Source: a virus (lineage: Duplodnaviria > Caudoviricetes). Taken from it: DNA of 51,094 nt. The DNA lies in IMG/VR virus record IMGVR_UViG_3300009597_000017, positions 1 through 51,094 of that record, one strand, 5' to 3'. This document shows positions 1 through 9,690 of the stretch, in pieces. Made by a program: the position numbers and the translations under genes. The notes below the pieces were generated by a model. The model worked only from the letters and a program-made list of their open reading frames with translations. It was not told the DNA's origin and made no database searches. The stretch's first letter is position 1; every line of letters starts with the position of its first letter.

Positions 1-1
1 C

Positions 2-1147
2 CGCGCGTCGGCGAGCGGCGCTCCGCTCGTTTTGTTTATTGCAAGCGGCGGCAAATTCTACACATGGAATGGCACAGCGACGCTTACTCGAATCGACGGT
101 GCTACGCCAGTTTTGCCTCCCGACGCCGATTTGGTGATCGCGTACCACACGCGTTTGTTTGTACGAGATTTAAACTACAAGAAGCACATTTTTTGGAGTA
201 AAGTCGGCGATGGCACTTCATACACGACTGGCAGCAAAGTCGACGGCGGCTCGGCATTCGTCGATGTTTTGAATGGCGAAGAAATCGTCGCTCTTGAAGT
301 AATCGGTTCTTCACTGCTGATGGCGTCAGAAGATTGCGTAATGCGCTTCACCGGCCACGCGACCGATGACATTGTTATTAGCCAAGACACAGAAGGCGTT
401 TCGACCGAAGTTGGCGCGGTTGGCAAACTTGCGCTCAAACGCTTTGAAAACTTGGCCGCCATGCTCAGCGACCGTGGGCCATATGTCGTGACCGAAACAG
501 GCGTAGAGCCGATTGGTGAACAAGTCGCGCCAGACTTCGCTGCTTTGGATTTAAGCGTCATCAGCAAGTCGATCATCGGCTGGAATCGCGGGCGTAAAGA
601 ATTGCTCTACGCCGTTCCACGCACTGTCGATGGTGCACTCAACAAAACGATCTACGCTCAAGCCGCTCGGCTCCAAGCATGGTATGGGCCTTGGATTTAC
701 TCGTTTGGAATCACGTATCTCGCTCGTTACGAAGATGCGAACGGCAACGAGTCAGTAATCAGTGGCGGCGCCGATGGCTGGATTCGCGACATGGATGTTG
801 GTGTACTCGACGATGTGCTCTACAACAGCACTGGCGGAACAAACATTGAAATGCTGGTTGAAATGCCAGTCATTCAGTTTGGCGTCCCCGGCACAACAAA
901 GGCGTTGAGCGGCATGGAGCTTCAGGCCAATCTGCCGAGCGGCTCGGCTTTGGAAATCAACACACTATTCGACGATGAAAGCGCATTCGTCGTCGATGTA
1001 GCAGTGCCAACGCTTGGATTGCAGAATCAGCGCATCGACATGAATGGACAAGGCAAGCGACTGCGTATGCAATTCAAAGATGCCAGCGCCCAAATGGTTG
1101 CCGTCCATGGCTTTAGTCTACACGCGTGGGATTATGAGCGACGTTAA
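2..1147 (+). CDS. Tail/head-closure protein (P22 gp10 / tail tubular B-like), 5'-truncated
   Basis: Frame is open from the window edge; beta-propeller-like sequence (HTRLFV, IFWSKVGD, GTTKALSGMEL); lies before the ejection-type genes. Confidence 0.65.
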   Translation, partial: RASASGAPLVLFIASGGKFYTWNGTATLTRIDGATPVLPPDADLVIAYHTRLFVRDLNYKKHIFWSKVGDGTSYTTGSKVDGGSAFVDVLNGEEIVALEVIGSSLLMASEDCVMRFTGHATDDIVISQDTEGVSTEVGAVGKLALKRFENLAAMLSDRGPYVVTETGVEPIGEQVAPDFAALDLSVISKSIIGWNRGRKELLYAVPRTVDGALNKTIYAQAARLQAWYGPWIYSFGITYLARYEDANGNESVISGGADGWIRDMDVGVLDDVLYNSTGGTNIEMLVEMPVIQFGVPGTTKALSGMELQANLPSGSALEINTLFDDESAFVVDVAVPTLGLQNQRIDMNGQGKRLRMQFKDASAQMVAVHGFSLHAWDYERR

Positions 1148-1712
1148 ACGCATTGATTTGCCTCCCGACCCATACCTTCGACTCACGCGAGAATCTCGCG
1201 TGCGTGAGCCAAAGCGCATGGAGACGATTGCCACAACGAGTAGCGTTGAGCCGATGCCTCGACTCTATGCGCGTGTATTTGACGGCGGCGCGAATCAAAG
1301 CATTCCTAATAATGTAATCACACTAATTACGTGGCCTGACGAGTTCTTTGACCGCGGTGGCATTCACTCGCCAACTGTCAATAACTCGCGCATCACGATT
1401 CCATCCACTGGCCGAGTGAGTGGCCTCTGGATGTTTCACACAGTTATTGGATGGGAAGCCTTAGCGGCAGGCTACCGAGAATTGTTCATCACGCGCAATG
1501 GCATTGGCCAGACGTATACGCAAAACAATTATCCTGCGCCAGCCGTGGCACAGACAATCGACACGCAAGAAAACTTCTTGTACTTCGAAGACCCGAATCC
1601 CGGCGATTACTTTGAAGTCTCAGTGCGTCAAACCAGCGGTGCACCGTTAAACGTCATGAAAGGCGCTTTCACAAGCGGCGCGACCTATTTTGAAGCTGGA
1701 CACATGTGGTAA
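1134..1712 (+). CDS. Virion protein with C1q/TNF-like beta-sandwich (tail accessory)
   Basis: ATG at 1134 overlaps the upstream gene end; NQSIPNN...FFDRGGIH...SRITIP...GDYFEV pattern typical of fibre tip domains. Confidence 0.55.
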   Translation: MSDVKRIDLPPDPYLRLTRESRVREPKRMETIATTSSVEPMPRLYARVFDGGANQSIPNNVITLITWPDEFFDRGGIHSPTVNNSRITIPSTGRVSGLWMFHTVIGWEALAAGYRELFITRNGIGQTYTQNNYPAPAVAQTIDTQENFLYFEDPNPGDYFEVSVRQTSGAPLNVMKGAFTSGATYFEAGHMW

Positions 1713-1714
1713 GC

Positions 1715-1743
1715 TTGACAAATCGGCTCTAAGTCGTTAAGTT
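1715..1743 (+). promoter_or_regulatory. Sigma70-type promoter
   Basis: TTGACA-N17-TAAGTT directly before the GTG at 1749, so possibly leaderless. Confidence 0.6.
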
Positions 1744-1748
1744 TAAAC

Positions 1749-2000
1749 GTGCTTCACATTTGGTTCGAACGTTTAATCGCCGACGATGGTAGTGAGCGAG
1801 TATTTGCGCATATTGCGGCAGACCGCGTTTTTGGCTACGCCGCAGAGATCAAAGCGACGATTCCAAAAGGCGTTTTGGTTTCAGTGCCGCCAAAGCTTAA
1901 GCCGATTGACGAGTGGCTTGTACGCAAGTGCGGATTTAAGCGCATCGGAACGGTCGAATTAGACGGTGAAGAAAACGCAGTTCTGGAGAAAGTCGAATAA
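1749..2000 (+). CDS. Small protein, possibly degenerate GNAT-like
   Basis: 83 aa ORF ending in a CGFKRIG motif; position between tail and ejection genes. Confidence 0.45.
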   Translation: MLHIWFERLIADDGSERVFAHIAADRVFGYAAEIKATIPKGVLVSVPPKLKPIDEWLVRKCGFKRIGTVELDGEENAVLEKVE

Positions 2001-2001
2001 C

Positions 2002-2520
2002 ATGGGCAAGGGCTTTAAAAAGGCGATCAAAGGCATCGGCAAGGTTGTCGGCAAAGGTTTGAGCATTGCTGCTCCCTTCGCTGGCCTGATTCCCGGCGTC
2101 GGTGTCCCGCTCGGCATGGCCTTGGGCGCGGGCGGCAAGGCTCTTGGTCGCGCTCTAAGTGGCAAGAACACCTTCGGCAACGGCGGCCTTGGCGAAATCG
2201 CTGGCGGCGCTGCAATGGGCGGAGGAGGCGCAGCTTTGGCCGGCGGTCAGGGCTTTAAGGGACTTGGCAATATTGGCGCGAACATTTCCAAAATCGGCAA
2301 GTCGGGCATTGGAAAAGCGGTGGCAAAGCAATTCACAGCCCCCGGTGGCGGTGTCGATCTTGGTCGAGTCGTCGGCGCTGGAACAGCAGTGAGCAGTGTT
2401 CTAGGCGCTCGCCAATCGCGCAAATCGGCCGAGTCCTACAACAATGCAAACACTGACTTGCGCAATCAACTCATGTCCCGAATTCTCTCAAGCTCGTCGT
2501 CCACAGGAGCACCACGTTAA
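2002..2520 (+). CDS. Glycine-rich DNA ejection/pilot protein
   Basis: MGKGFKKAIK start with Gly/Ala-rich amphipathic repeats. Confidence 0.55.
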   Translation: MGKGFKKAIKGIGKVVGKGLSIAAPFAGLIPGVGVPLGMALGAGGKALGRALSGKNTFGNGGLGEIAGGAAMGGGGAALAGGQGFKGLGNIGANISKIGKSGIGKAVAKQFTAPGGGVDLGRVVGAGTAVSSVLGARQSRKSAESYNNANTDLRNQLMSRILSSSSSTGAPR

Positions 2521-3260
2521 TGGCATACGCTCTCGACAACCGAGGCGGCGGGAACGCGCTGCCGCCATTTCTGCAAGGTCGCACAGGTCAGCCGGGCGCT
2601 TCACAGCCGATGATCGCGCCAAAGGCGTCGATCACTCCCGGCGAAGTGGCGGCGCCGAAGCGTGGCAACTTGTTTAATCAAATGAAGAAACGTCAGCCTG
2701 CACAGAGCATGGGCATGTTTGGCAAGCTGTTTCAGAACAAGAACAATCAAGCGGCGGCAAAGCCAGCGATTACGCCGGGAAGTCATGGGCCGCAGAGTGG
2801 CCAATTGCCGACGCCAGCGGCACAGCCAGCGCAGACGTTGTATGAATTCTTTAAGAAAGATTTAGAGCGTCAGCGAGATTCTTCGCTCGCAGACACTCAG
2901 GCAGATGCGTCGCGCCGCGGCGTCTTCTACGGCACGCCATTGACCACGTCTCAAGGTGACATTCAGACTGAGTATAATCGTGGTTTGGGTTCGTTGCAAT
3001 CCGGCATTCTGCAGAATCAGGAGCAGAACGAAATTCAGCGCCTTGGATTGGCGACAAATCTCTTGGGCAATGGCGGTCAGGCACAAGCGCAAGGCATCGA
3101 CCCATCGGTTTTTAACACGATTGGCTCGTTACTCGCGCCGCGTCAAGGCCCGGCGGCAACTGCCCCGGCGCCACCGCCGATTTCGCCGGCGAAGCCAGCT
3201 TTGCCTCTGCAGAATAACCAAAAGCCGCAAGGTCCGGCCATGCCTTGGCGGAATTATTAA
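2520..3260 (+). CDS. Putative internal virion/ejection protein
   Basis: Q/P-rich 246 aa ORF, coupled by TAATG; DASRRGVFYGT motif. Confidence 0.5.
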   Translation: MAYALDNRGGGNALPPFLQGRTGQPGASQPMIAPKASITPGEVAAPKRGNLFNQMKKRQPAQSMGMFGKLFQNKNNQAAAKPAITPGSHGPQSGQLPTPAAQPAQTLYEFFKKDLERQRDSSLADTQADASRRGVFYGTPLTTSQGDIQTEYNRGLGSLQSGILQNQEQNEIQRLGLATNLLGNGGQAQAQGIDPSVFNTIGSLLAPRQGPAATAPAPPPISPAKPALPLQNNQKPQGPAMPWRNY

Positions 3261-3263
3261 TCC

Positions 3264-4349
3264 ATGACTGCTCCAACGCGTTTGCCTCATGTGTCACAAG
3301 GCAATCTTCTAACCGACATCTCGAATGCAGCCGCTGGCATTGCTGGCGGGCTGCAGAACGAGAACACAAAACGGCGCGAAGAAGCTATGCGCGCGGCTGT
3401 CTTGAAGATGCAGCAAGATCAGCAAGCGTCGACGCAGAATTTCCAGCAGGGCACGGCTCGCCGCGCTCAACTCGACGATTTGCGTACTAAAGGTATTGAT
3501 ATTGACCCAAGTCAGCCGGGTGTTCAACTCGCTGGAGACCTAACGCCGGTCATTGCTGAAGCTCAGCGCATTCAGTCGACGATTAGTCAAGACCCGGCTA
3601 AGCCCGGCGCGCCGACCGAAGTCAATGTCGGCGGAATCCGTGCGACTGTTCGACCGTACTACGACCCCATGAACGTGCGCACTTTGACGGCTGAGTCGGG
3701 ACGAGCGGCGGCTGAAGCACGATTTAATGCGCAGCAAAGCGGCATTTCTGGACGGCAGAATCAGCGTTTGCTCGAACCATCTCCTGAACAGACGCAACGC
3801 GCCGGTCTTACTCGCAGCTTGATTCAGTCGGGTAAGCAACTGAACGACATGGCGCAGAAAGACCCCGGTCTTGGACAACGGGCTGGTTTAATCAACATGT
3901 TGGCACAAGTCGGGCCGGGAGTCAAGGCTGAAGACGCGCTTACTGCAATCATGAGTCGAGTCAAGGGAGACCCGCAGGCGCAGGCCTACATCGCCGAGAT
4001 GCTCAGCTTTGTGTCGAGCTTCGCATTCGCGCGCGGCGGAAAAGCCTTGACGACCAATGAGTTGTCGATTCTCTTGCCTCAAGCGTTCGGCTTCGGCTTT
4101 GAAACCGGCCCGGCAGGCAAGCAGCGTCAACTCATTCGTCAGCGCTTGACTGAAGAAGCCTTTACAACGCTTGGCGATGAAGGCTTGGTTTACGCGCTTG
4201 AACGCGGCATGATCGACCCGGCTGATGTTCCTAATTTCGAAGCATTGCGCGCTCGCATCCAACGCTTCTACGGCCGAGACATCTACATTCCACCGTCGTC
4301 AACACAGCCAAAGCCGCATAGTCGATTCCTCACACTGGGCGCTCAGTAA
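3264..4349 (+). CDS. Putative internal virion/ejection protein
   Basis: 361 aa helical Q/A-rich ORF in the same operon. Confidence 0.5.
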   Translation: MTAPTRLPHVSQGNLLTDISNAAAGIAGGLQNENTKRREEAMRAAVLKMQQDQQASTQNFQQGTARRAQLDDLRTKGIDIDPSQPGVQLAGDLTPVIAEAQRIQSTISQDPAKPGAPTEVNVGGIRATVRPYYDPMNVRTLTAESGRAAAEARFNAQQSGISGRQNQRLLEPSPEQTQRAGLTRSLIQSGKQLNDMAQKDPGLGQRAGLINMLAQVGPGVKAEDALTAIMSRVKGDPQAQAYIAEMLSFVSSFAFARGGKALTTNELSILLPQAFGFGFETGPAGKQRQLIRQRLTEEAFTTLGDEGLVYALERGMIDPADVPNFEALRARIQRFYGRDIYIPPSSTQPKPHSRFLTLGAQ

Positions 4350-5749
4350 TGACTGGCATTCAACCCGACGTTTATACACCGCAAGAGTGGCAAGACATTT
4401 TGGTCAATGCGCGTAAAGCGTATCATCAAAATCCGAACGACCACGAAGCGCTTCAAGCGATGAAAGACGCGACCGCGGCCTTGAATCTCAACGACCATTC
4501 TGGCGATGACGCGCAGACGGGTGATCGCGGCATTTTGGGAGCAGTGGGCGGTATTGCTCGCGGAATTGCTGACATTCCGCAAGGCATGTACAATTTGGCG
4601 CGTCACCCAATTAAGTCGCTTGGCCAAATGTCTGGCGTTTCAAACATTCCAAACGCCGTTCATACAATCTTCAATGACGACGAGGCGAATTGGGCAGAGA
4701 AGCTGGCATCGGCTGTACAAGCCACGCCGCTCAACATGGGCTATGCGCCTCAGCGTGCATTTCAAGACGCGATGTCAAATCCTGCGACATCGTCGTTTGA
4801 TCGCGCGCGCGCAGGAACAAACGCGGCGAGTCAGGCTTTGCTCGCATTTGGTGGACGCAAAGCGCCGCCGAAACTCGGCGCGTCTCAATTCGGCGGCCCG
4901 CCCGTTGAAGTAATGCCAAGCGGCACTCCACAGCCATTGCGTCCACCAATGCCAGAGCCTACTCCACCAATTGGCGCTGAGCAATTTGGCGGGCCATCTG
5001 TTCAAGCAGCCCCGCCGGGACCTCCGCGACCGCCACTGCCAGAAATGCCAATGGCGCCGCCAACCGCAACTTTGGAGCCAATGCCAGTTGGTGACATGAG
5101 TTTCACGCCTCGGCAGAAGTCGACTCCAACCGCCGACCCGACACTGACGCCAGCGAGTAGTGGCGAAGTGCCGAAGTTTACGAATCCAGAAGTGCTTCCA
5201 GACGCTGGAGTGAACGCAATTGGCCAGCCGCGAGGAATCAGCGTTGAAGGCCCGCCGATGAAGCCAGTCACGCCGGCGATGGAAGCGTTCGGAGAAACAC
5301 GCTCAGGCATTCCACGTACTAAGCCTCGGGGAAGCGGAGGAGTGAAGCAAAAAAGCGTGACGTTTGGCGAGGAATCCCCGCTCAACGCCGGCTCGCGCGG
5401 GAAAGTCAAGGGCATCCTCGGCGAAATGAGTCGAGAACCCGGCTCAATGGGCGAATTAATGGACGGCCTTGGCAAGGGCAATGTTCAAGGAATGCTTGGC
5501 TTTTCGATTGGCCCATTCTTGGCGTGGGAGATTATGCGCCGTACTGTACGGCCATTGATCGACCGAATTGCCGAGCATGGAGTGAATCCCCAAGCGGCGA
5601 TGGAGGCGATTAAGAACAATCCGCATCTTGCCGCTCTTGAAAGCGCCTTGGTCAAGGCTTATGCAGCCGGCAACACGCAGCAGGTCAACCAACTGTCGCA
5701 GGAATTGGCGACGCAATTGATGATGCAAATGCCTCAACAGGAGCAGTAA
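4349..5749 (+). CDS. Putative internal virion/ejection protein, proline-rich centre
   Basis: 466 aa ORF coupled by TAATG; internal repeat GA(S/E)QFGGP. Confidence 0.5.
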   Translation: MTGIQPDVYTPQEWQDILVNARKAYHQNPNDHEALQAMKDATAALNLNDHSGDDAQTGDRGILGAVGGIARGIADIPQGMYNLARHPIKSLGQMSGVSNIPNAVHTIFNDDEANWAEKLASAVQATPLNMGYAPQRAFQDAMSNPATSSFDRARAGTNAASQALLAFGGRKAPPKLGASQFGGPPVEVMPSGTPQPLRPPMPEPTPPIGAEQFGGPSVQAAPPGPPRPPLPEMPMAPPTATLEPMPVGDMSFTPRQKSTPTADPTLTPASSGEVPKFTNPEVLPDAGVNAIGQPRGISVEGPPMKPVTPAMEAFGETRSGIPRTKPRGSGGVKQKSVTFGEESPLNAGSRGKVKGILGEMSREPGSMGELMDGLGKGNVQGMLGFSIGPFLAWEIMRRTVRPLIDRIAEHGVNPQAAMEAIKNNPHLAALESALVKAYAAGNTQQVNQLSQELATQLMMQMPQQEQ

Positions 5750-5750
5750 C

Positions 5751-6029
5751 ATGAAGGGTGTAGCTGATCGCGATTCGATGATGCAAGACATGTTGGCAAA
5801 AGCTGGCCCACCGGCTCAAGCAGCGCCGGCTCAAGAGCCAAATGACCCAAAGGCGCTGATTGACTCGGCAATTGAGCAAATCGCAGCTTATGCCGAGAAT
5901 CCAGACCAAGTCACGCCTGAGACTATTCAGCAACTCATTGAGATGCTGCAGCAAGCCAGCGCGGCCTTGGGTGGCGGCGAGGAGGCTGAAGCTGCGCCTC
6001 CTATGATGCAAGCGCCGATGGGGCAGTAA
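5751..6029 (+). CDS. Hypothetical acidic protein
   Basis: 92 aa ORF with GGAG SD; last gene of the plus-strand operon. Confidence 0.6.
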   Translation: MKGVADRDSMMQDMLAKAGPPAQAAPAQEPNDPKALIDSAIEQIAAYAENPDQVTPETIQQLIEMLQQASAALGGGEEAEAAPPMMQAPMGQ

Positions 6030-6342
6030 ACCGGGTTGTTGCTGGTTTAAACGCCGGGCCGGTATAATGCCCGCGTTCGACCTCAAGGCACCAACGGCGC
6101 AAGTCGGCGGCCGTCACGTATTCGATGTCCCAAGCGTCGAGCGCCGGCCGCCACTTCGGGTCAGCATAGGCTTTGCGACTCGCCTCAGCGCCGTATAGGA
6201 CGGTTAATGGGCATTGGCGAGGCTCTACGCCGAATAGAGCGTCGAATGGCGGCGCTTTAAGACCGTCGATTCGAGCACGGAGACGACGTGCGTTTTCAGC
6301 CGTGCCGATTAAGCAAAGCCATGTGCCTACAATGTTGTACAT
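6001..6342 (-). CDS. Hypothetical protein
   Basis: 113 aa ORF with globular composition, downstream of a promoter and structured leader. Confidence 0.45.
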   Translation of the reverse strand: MYNIVGTWLCLIGTAENARRLRARIDGLKAPPFDALFGVEPRQCPLTVLYGAEASRKAYADPKWRPALDAWDIEYVTAADLRRWCLEVERGHYTGPAFKPATTRFTAPSALAS

Positions 6343-6357
6343 TTGTGTTCCATGGGT

Positions 6358-6462
6358 AAAAGAGACGACGCCCGAGCCACGCGAAGGGAGGAGAACAGCG
6401 CGGGGAGGAGGAGACCGCGCATCGCGTGTCGGGCGTCGAGGGGGCTGTGGGAGCAGCGCCCT
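6358..6462 (-). ncRNA. Putative small RNA or leader with anti-SD (CCUCCUCCC) loops
   Basis: Nested stems CGACGCCCGA/TCGGGCGTCG, CACGCGA/TCGCGTG, GCGCGG/CCGCGC followed by CTCTTTT; own promoter. Confidence 0.5.
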
Positions 6463-6467
6463 ATTGT

Positions 6468-6495
6468 AATATACTCAACCGAGTCAAAAAGTCAA
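6468..6495 (-). promoter_or_regulatory. Sigma70-type promoter
   Basis: TTGACT-N16-TATATT. Confidence 0.55.
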
Positions 6496-7049
6496 GGGCC
6501 AAATTTGCCGATTAAGTACGCACCGGCAATCCAAGGCGCTTCTCGCACTAGGCGAGTGACTAGACTCGGACTAGCTTTACGCTGCCATGCGTCGCGCTGA
6601 TTGCGGTACAAAGTCGCGACTGACATCGCCGAATCGCGCTGTTCTGCGCGCGTCAGCGCGGTCGCCTGCCAGAACAGCAATGCCAACGAGTCTGTATGAT
6701 GTTGATAGTCAAGGGACTTAATCGTCGCCGTTTGGGCGTCTAAAACCTCTTGAACCTCGGCGAGTTGCGGTGGCAAGGCGGCTAGAAGCGAGTCTGAATG
6801 TCGACGAGTAACCACGACGATGTTATTCGCATTGCGCATCTCGGCAGCGTGCCGAGCCGAGTCGACCTTGATTTGAAATTCAAGAGCGACAATCTCGCCT
6901 AGTAGACGACCACGGACCAAATCGGTCGAGTCTCCAGAACTGCGCAATTCGACGTCGGATTGCCCGCGTTTAAACTGACACCACCCCCATACATAGGCGA
7001 GGACAACAGCGCCCAAGATCAGCAAGACTGTGCGCAGTGTTTTATTCAT
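6492..7049 (-). CDS. Membrane-anchored coiled-coil protein (spanin/Rz-like)
   Basis: N-terminal TM segment, helical body, hydrophobic C-terminus; follows endolysin and holin candidate. Confidence 0.5.
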   Translation of the reverse strand: MNKTLRTVLLILGAVVLAYVWGWCQFKRGQSDVELRSSGDSTDLVRGRLLGEIVALEFQIKVDSARHAAEMRNANNIVVVTRRHSDSLLAALPPQLAEVQEVLDAQTATIKSLDYQHHTDSLALLFWQATALTRAEQRDSAMSVATLYRNQRDAWQRKASPSLVTRLVREAPWIAGAYLIGKFGP

Positions 7050-7350
7050 GCGGCACGCCCATTGTTTGCTGACGTACAGTCGGCATAGCCTGCGTTGAGT
7101 CGCTTCCCGGCGTTGCCGGCGTCACTGGCTCGTCATCAACTGCTTGCCGAGTCTGCTCGCGGCTAACCGCCAAAGCGGCCGTCAATTCGTCGACTTTGTC
7201 AATCGTCTCAGTCAATCGACTATTGGCGACTTTATGCGTTGCGCGCGAGACAAGCAATGTCACAATAGAAATTACACCGCTCAACGCCACTGTGGCCATT
7301 GTAATAAAAGCAATGATTACGCTTGTTGAGCTACCCTCTTGCTGAATCAT
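7042..7350 (-). CDS. Putative holin
   Basis: Single long N-terminal TM segment, adjacent to the endolysin. Confidence 0.45.
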   Translation of the reverse strand: MIQQEGSSTSVIIAFITMATVALSGVISIVTLLVSRATHKVANSRLTETIDKVDELTAALAVSREQTRQAVDDEPVTPATPGSDSTQAMPTVRQQTMGVPHE

Positions 7351-7360
7351 CTTACACTCC

Positions 7361-7930
7361 TCAGTTCATTTTCAAAGCTGCTTTGCGTACTCGGTTCAGT
7401 CGGGGAATCCAGACTTGAACAGTAAACCACGGGAAGCGACTTGACTCGCCCTTGTTGCGAGAATCTTTGGCGTATTCCAAAACGCGCTGAAAACAAAGCT
7501 CGTCGATTAGCTTCGGCACGTCGCGCAATTTCGAATTCAGCGCCGTTTGGGTCTTCGGCCCCCAAGCAGCGTCGTCGGGGACGCCGACTGCGCGTTGAAG
7601 AATTTGAATAGCCGTCCCGCTGCCTTGATTTACGCTTGAATCAAACAAGACATAGGCGACTCCTGTAGGAACATAATCGCCCTTAATCGGAACCCAATAC
7701 TCGGCGTTGTAAACCCACTCGGCGTGTTGCCGAGTGAAATCACGAACGTAGCGCGGATACGCATTATACTTCGGCTTGTCGCGCATTGTGCTCCACGCCC
7801 GTTGACTAATGCCCCAATTAGTCTCGCCGCCACCATCGCCGGGGATGTTGGCGTATCCAGACGGATTGCCGGGAAGACCAACCCCCTCGTCGATGAAGAC
7901 GAGATTCATGAGGTCAGTAAAGCGCGGCAT
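7361..7930 (-). CDS. Endolysin, glycoside hydrolase family 108
   Basis: EG...GYAN.PGD.GGETNWGIS, YW, FDSSVNQG, LQRAVGV motifs. Confidence 0.9.
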   Translation of the reverse strand: MPRFTDLMNLVFIDEGVGLPGNPSGYANIPGDGGGETNWGISQRAWSTMRDKPKYNAYPRYVRDFTRQHAEWVYNAEYWVPIKGDYVPTGVAYVLFDSSVNQGSGTAIQILQRAVGVPDDAAWGPKTQTALNSKLRDVPKLIDELCFQRVLEYAKDSRNKGESSRFPWFTVQVWIPRLNRVRKAALKMN

Positions 7931-8316
7931 TAAGTGGCGGCGTTCGTGATTTGATTCGCCGACGTTGGACGCGTGACGGTATACAATTCAACCGTGACCG
8001 TCGCCGTTGTGGCGCCCGCCACAATGATGTCAGCCGTCTCGTTGTCTCCACAAACCAATGGGCGTTTAAACTCGTAGATGACTGGGGCCATTGCACCAAT
8101 TGGCAAATTGCCCTGTCGCATAACGACAGCACCGCCATTGCGGCGAATTTGCCATGTGCCGGCAGCCGTCGACGAAACGCCGAACGAAACTGAGAAGCCA
8201 ATGACGACGAGTTGCTGGCCAGCGCCCGGCGCCGCTTGGGTCGCCGTTGCCGCTGCAGTGCCGCTTGCCGTCTTTGTGTTCTCGGCGAAGCCGCCGAGGA
8301 AATCCTGCTTTTCCAT
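7930..8316 (-). CDS. Hypothetical (probable virion) protein
   Basis: 128 aa Ala/Thr-rich beta-type ORF in a tight operon. Confidence 0.55.
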   Translation of the reverse strand: MEKQDFLGGFAENTKTASGTAAATATQAAPGAGQQLVVIGFSVSFGVSSTAAGTWQIRRNGGAVVMRQGNLPIGAMAPVIYEFKRPLVCGDNETADIIVAGATTATVTVELYTVTRPTSANQITNAAT

Positions 8317-8317
8317 T

Positions 8318-8458
8318 TTACTTCACTCCAAGAAGCAACAGCATGAATGCGTATAGATTAGGCGCGTAACGAAAGTACAACACAGGATTAGGCGTGCCCG
8401 GTGGCGACGAGGCCGGAATGTTGAAATGCTGTCCGCTGCCAACCGCTGCGAGCGACAT
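8318..8458 (-). CDS. Small hypothetical protein
   Basis: MSLAAVGSG... 46 aa, fills the operon gap exactly. Confidence 0.4.
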   Translation of the reverse strand: MSLAAVGSGQHFNIPASSPPGTPNPVLYFRYAPNLYAFMLLLLGVK

Positions 8459-8459
8459 T

Positions 8460-8795
8460 TTACTTCGCCTCAACTTTGCGACTAGCTGTATGACTGCCGC
8501 GAGTCCACAATTCGGCATTGGTTCGCGCTGGCCCAACTGCCTCGTTGTAAACCCGCTTGGCCTTTTGCAGATCGTCGCCTTTGTACAACGATTTAAAGAA
8601 CAACCCATGACTCGATGAGCGAGTCAGTCGTACTTCATACGCAGAGTATGAAACAGGCATGACCGAGCCGTCGGGGACGGCTAGCCATTCCTTGCCGAAT
8701 AGGCGCCAACGCCAGAAAACATAAGCGCCGCCAAATCCGCTTAGAACACTAACGGCTAGAACGACTAAGAGCGACAGCAGGGCTTCAAACAACAT
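8460..8795 (-). CDS. Hypothetical membrane protein
   Basis: N-terminal TM helix; ATG overlaps the upstream stop. Confidence 0.55.
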   Translation of the reverse strand: MLFEALLSLLVVLAVSVLSGFGGAYVFWRWRLFGKEWLAVPDGSVMPVSYSAYEVRLTRSSSHGLFFKSLYKGDDLQKAKRVYNEAVGPARTNAELWTRGSHTASRKVEAK

Positions 8796-9055
8796 TACGC
8801 CCAACCGCCCAAGAAGATAATGTCATTGGAACCAACACCAAAAAAGGTCTCAATGTTCGCGAGGACTTTGGCTTTCAGAACCGCAATAGTATCGCCCCAA
8901 ACAACATCAACGCGAGTGCCGTCATTGCTGCAAGGCAGATTCTCAACGGCCAATTGCCCTTCTTCCCAAAGAAGAACGCCGTAACAACACACAACTTGGT
9001 CTGTTCCAACCGGAGCCGAAAGTACAGGCTCTTGAACATAGATTTTCTTAGCCAT
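8795..9055 (-). CDS. Hypothetical protein
   Basis: MAKKIYVQ start coupled to the upstream TAA. Confidence 0.55.
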   Translation of the reverse strand: MAKKIYVQEPVLSAPVGTDQVVCCYGVLLWEEGQLAVENLPCSNDGTRVDVVWGDTIAVLKAKVLANIETFFGVGSNDIIFLGGWA

Positions 9056-9690
9056 TAGGGTTTCTCGAACCAATGTGCAGTGTAGCTAAACCCCCACGTA
9101 GTTGTAGCGGGCATTACGACTTGAGTACGCATGGCAAGACCGTCGCCAGCAGCCAATTTAACCGGCTCGTCGAGTGGCTCGAAAATCCACTCAAAGCCGC
9201 CATTGACTGCTCCACTCGTCAACTCAGGAAACGTTGGCATGATCGAAGCAGCAATGATGTCGCCAAAAACCACGCTGGTAACAGTAAGAGCGGCGTTGTT
9301 GTCGCGCACATCAGTCATGTCGCTCGTCGACGGGTGCGATGCATTCTTCTTCGCGACTGTGCGCGCAGTTCCCGTTGACGGCGTGGCGGTCGTGAAACGT
9401 TGCCAAGCCAAAACGCCGGGGATGCCGCCGTTCGCGCCGGGCGTGATGACTGTAACAGCCAGTCGAATGCGCGTAACGTAGGCAAAGCGCGAAGACGCCG
9501 GCGCGAAGCGTAGAGAGACCAATGTTGTGCTGGCTGCCAAAGTCGCAGCGACTGCGGCGGTCGACCAGCCCGACACGACATATTCGCCGCCGGCGGTATA
9601 ACCTTTAAGTCCTTCGGCAATGAACAGATTTTTGCCGCTGTCGACTTCGGCAAACTGCCCGCCAACTGTAGGTGATTCAAGAACAGCCAT
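9055..9690 (-). CDS. Hypothetical (probable virion) protein
   Basis: 211 aa beta-rich ORF, coupled. Confidence 0.6.
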   Translation of the reverse strand: MAVLESPTVGGQFAEVDSGKNLFIAEGLKGYTAGGEYVVSGWSTAAVAATLAASTTLVSLRFAPASSRFAYVTRIRLAVTVITPGANGGIPGVLAWQRFTTATPSTGTARTVAKKNASHPSTSDMTDVRDNNAALTVTSVVFGDIIAASIMPTFPELTSGAVNGGFEWIFEPLDEPVKLAAGDGLAMRTQVVMPATTTWGFSYTAHWFEKP

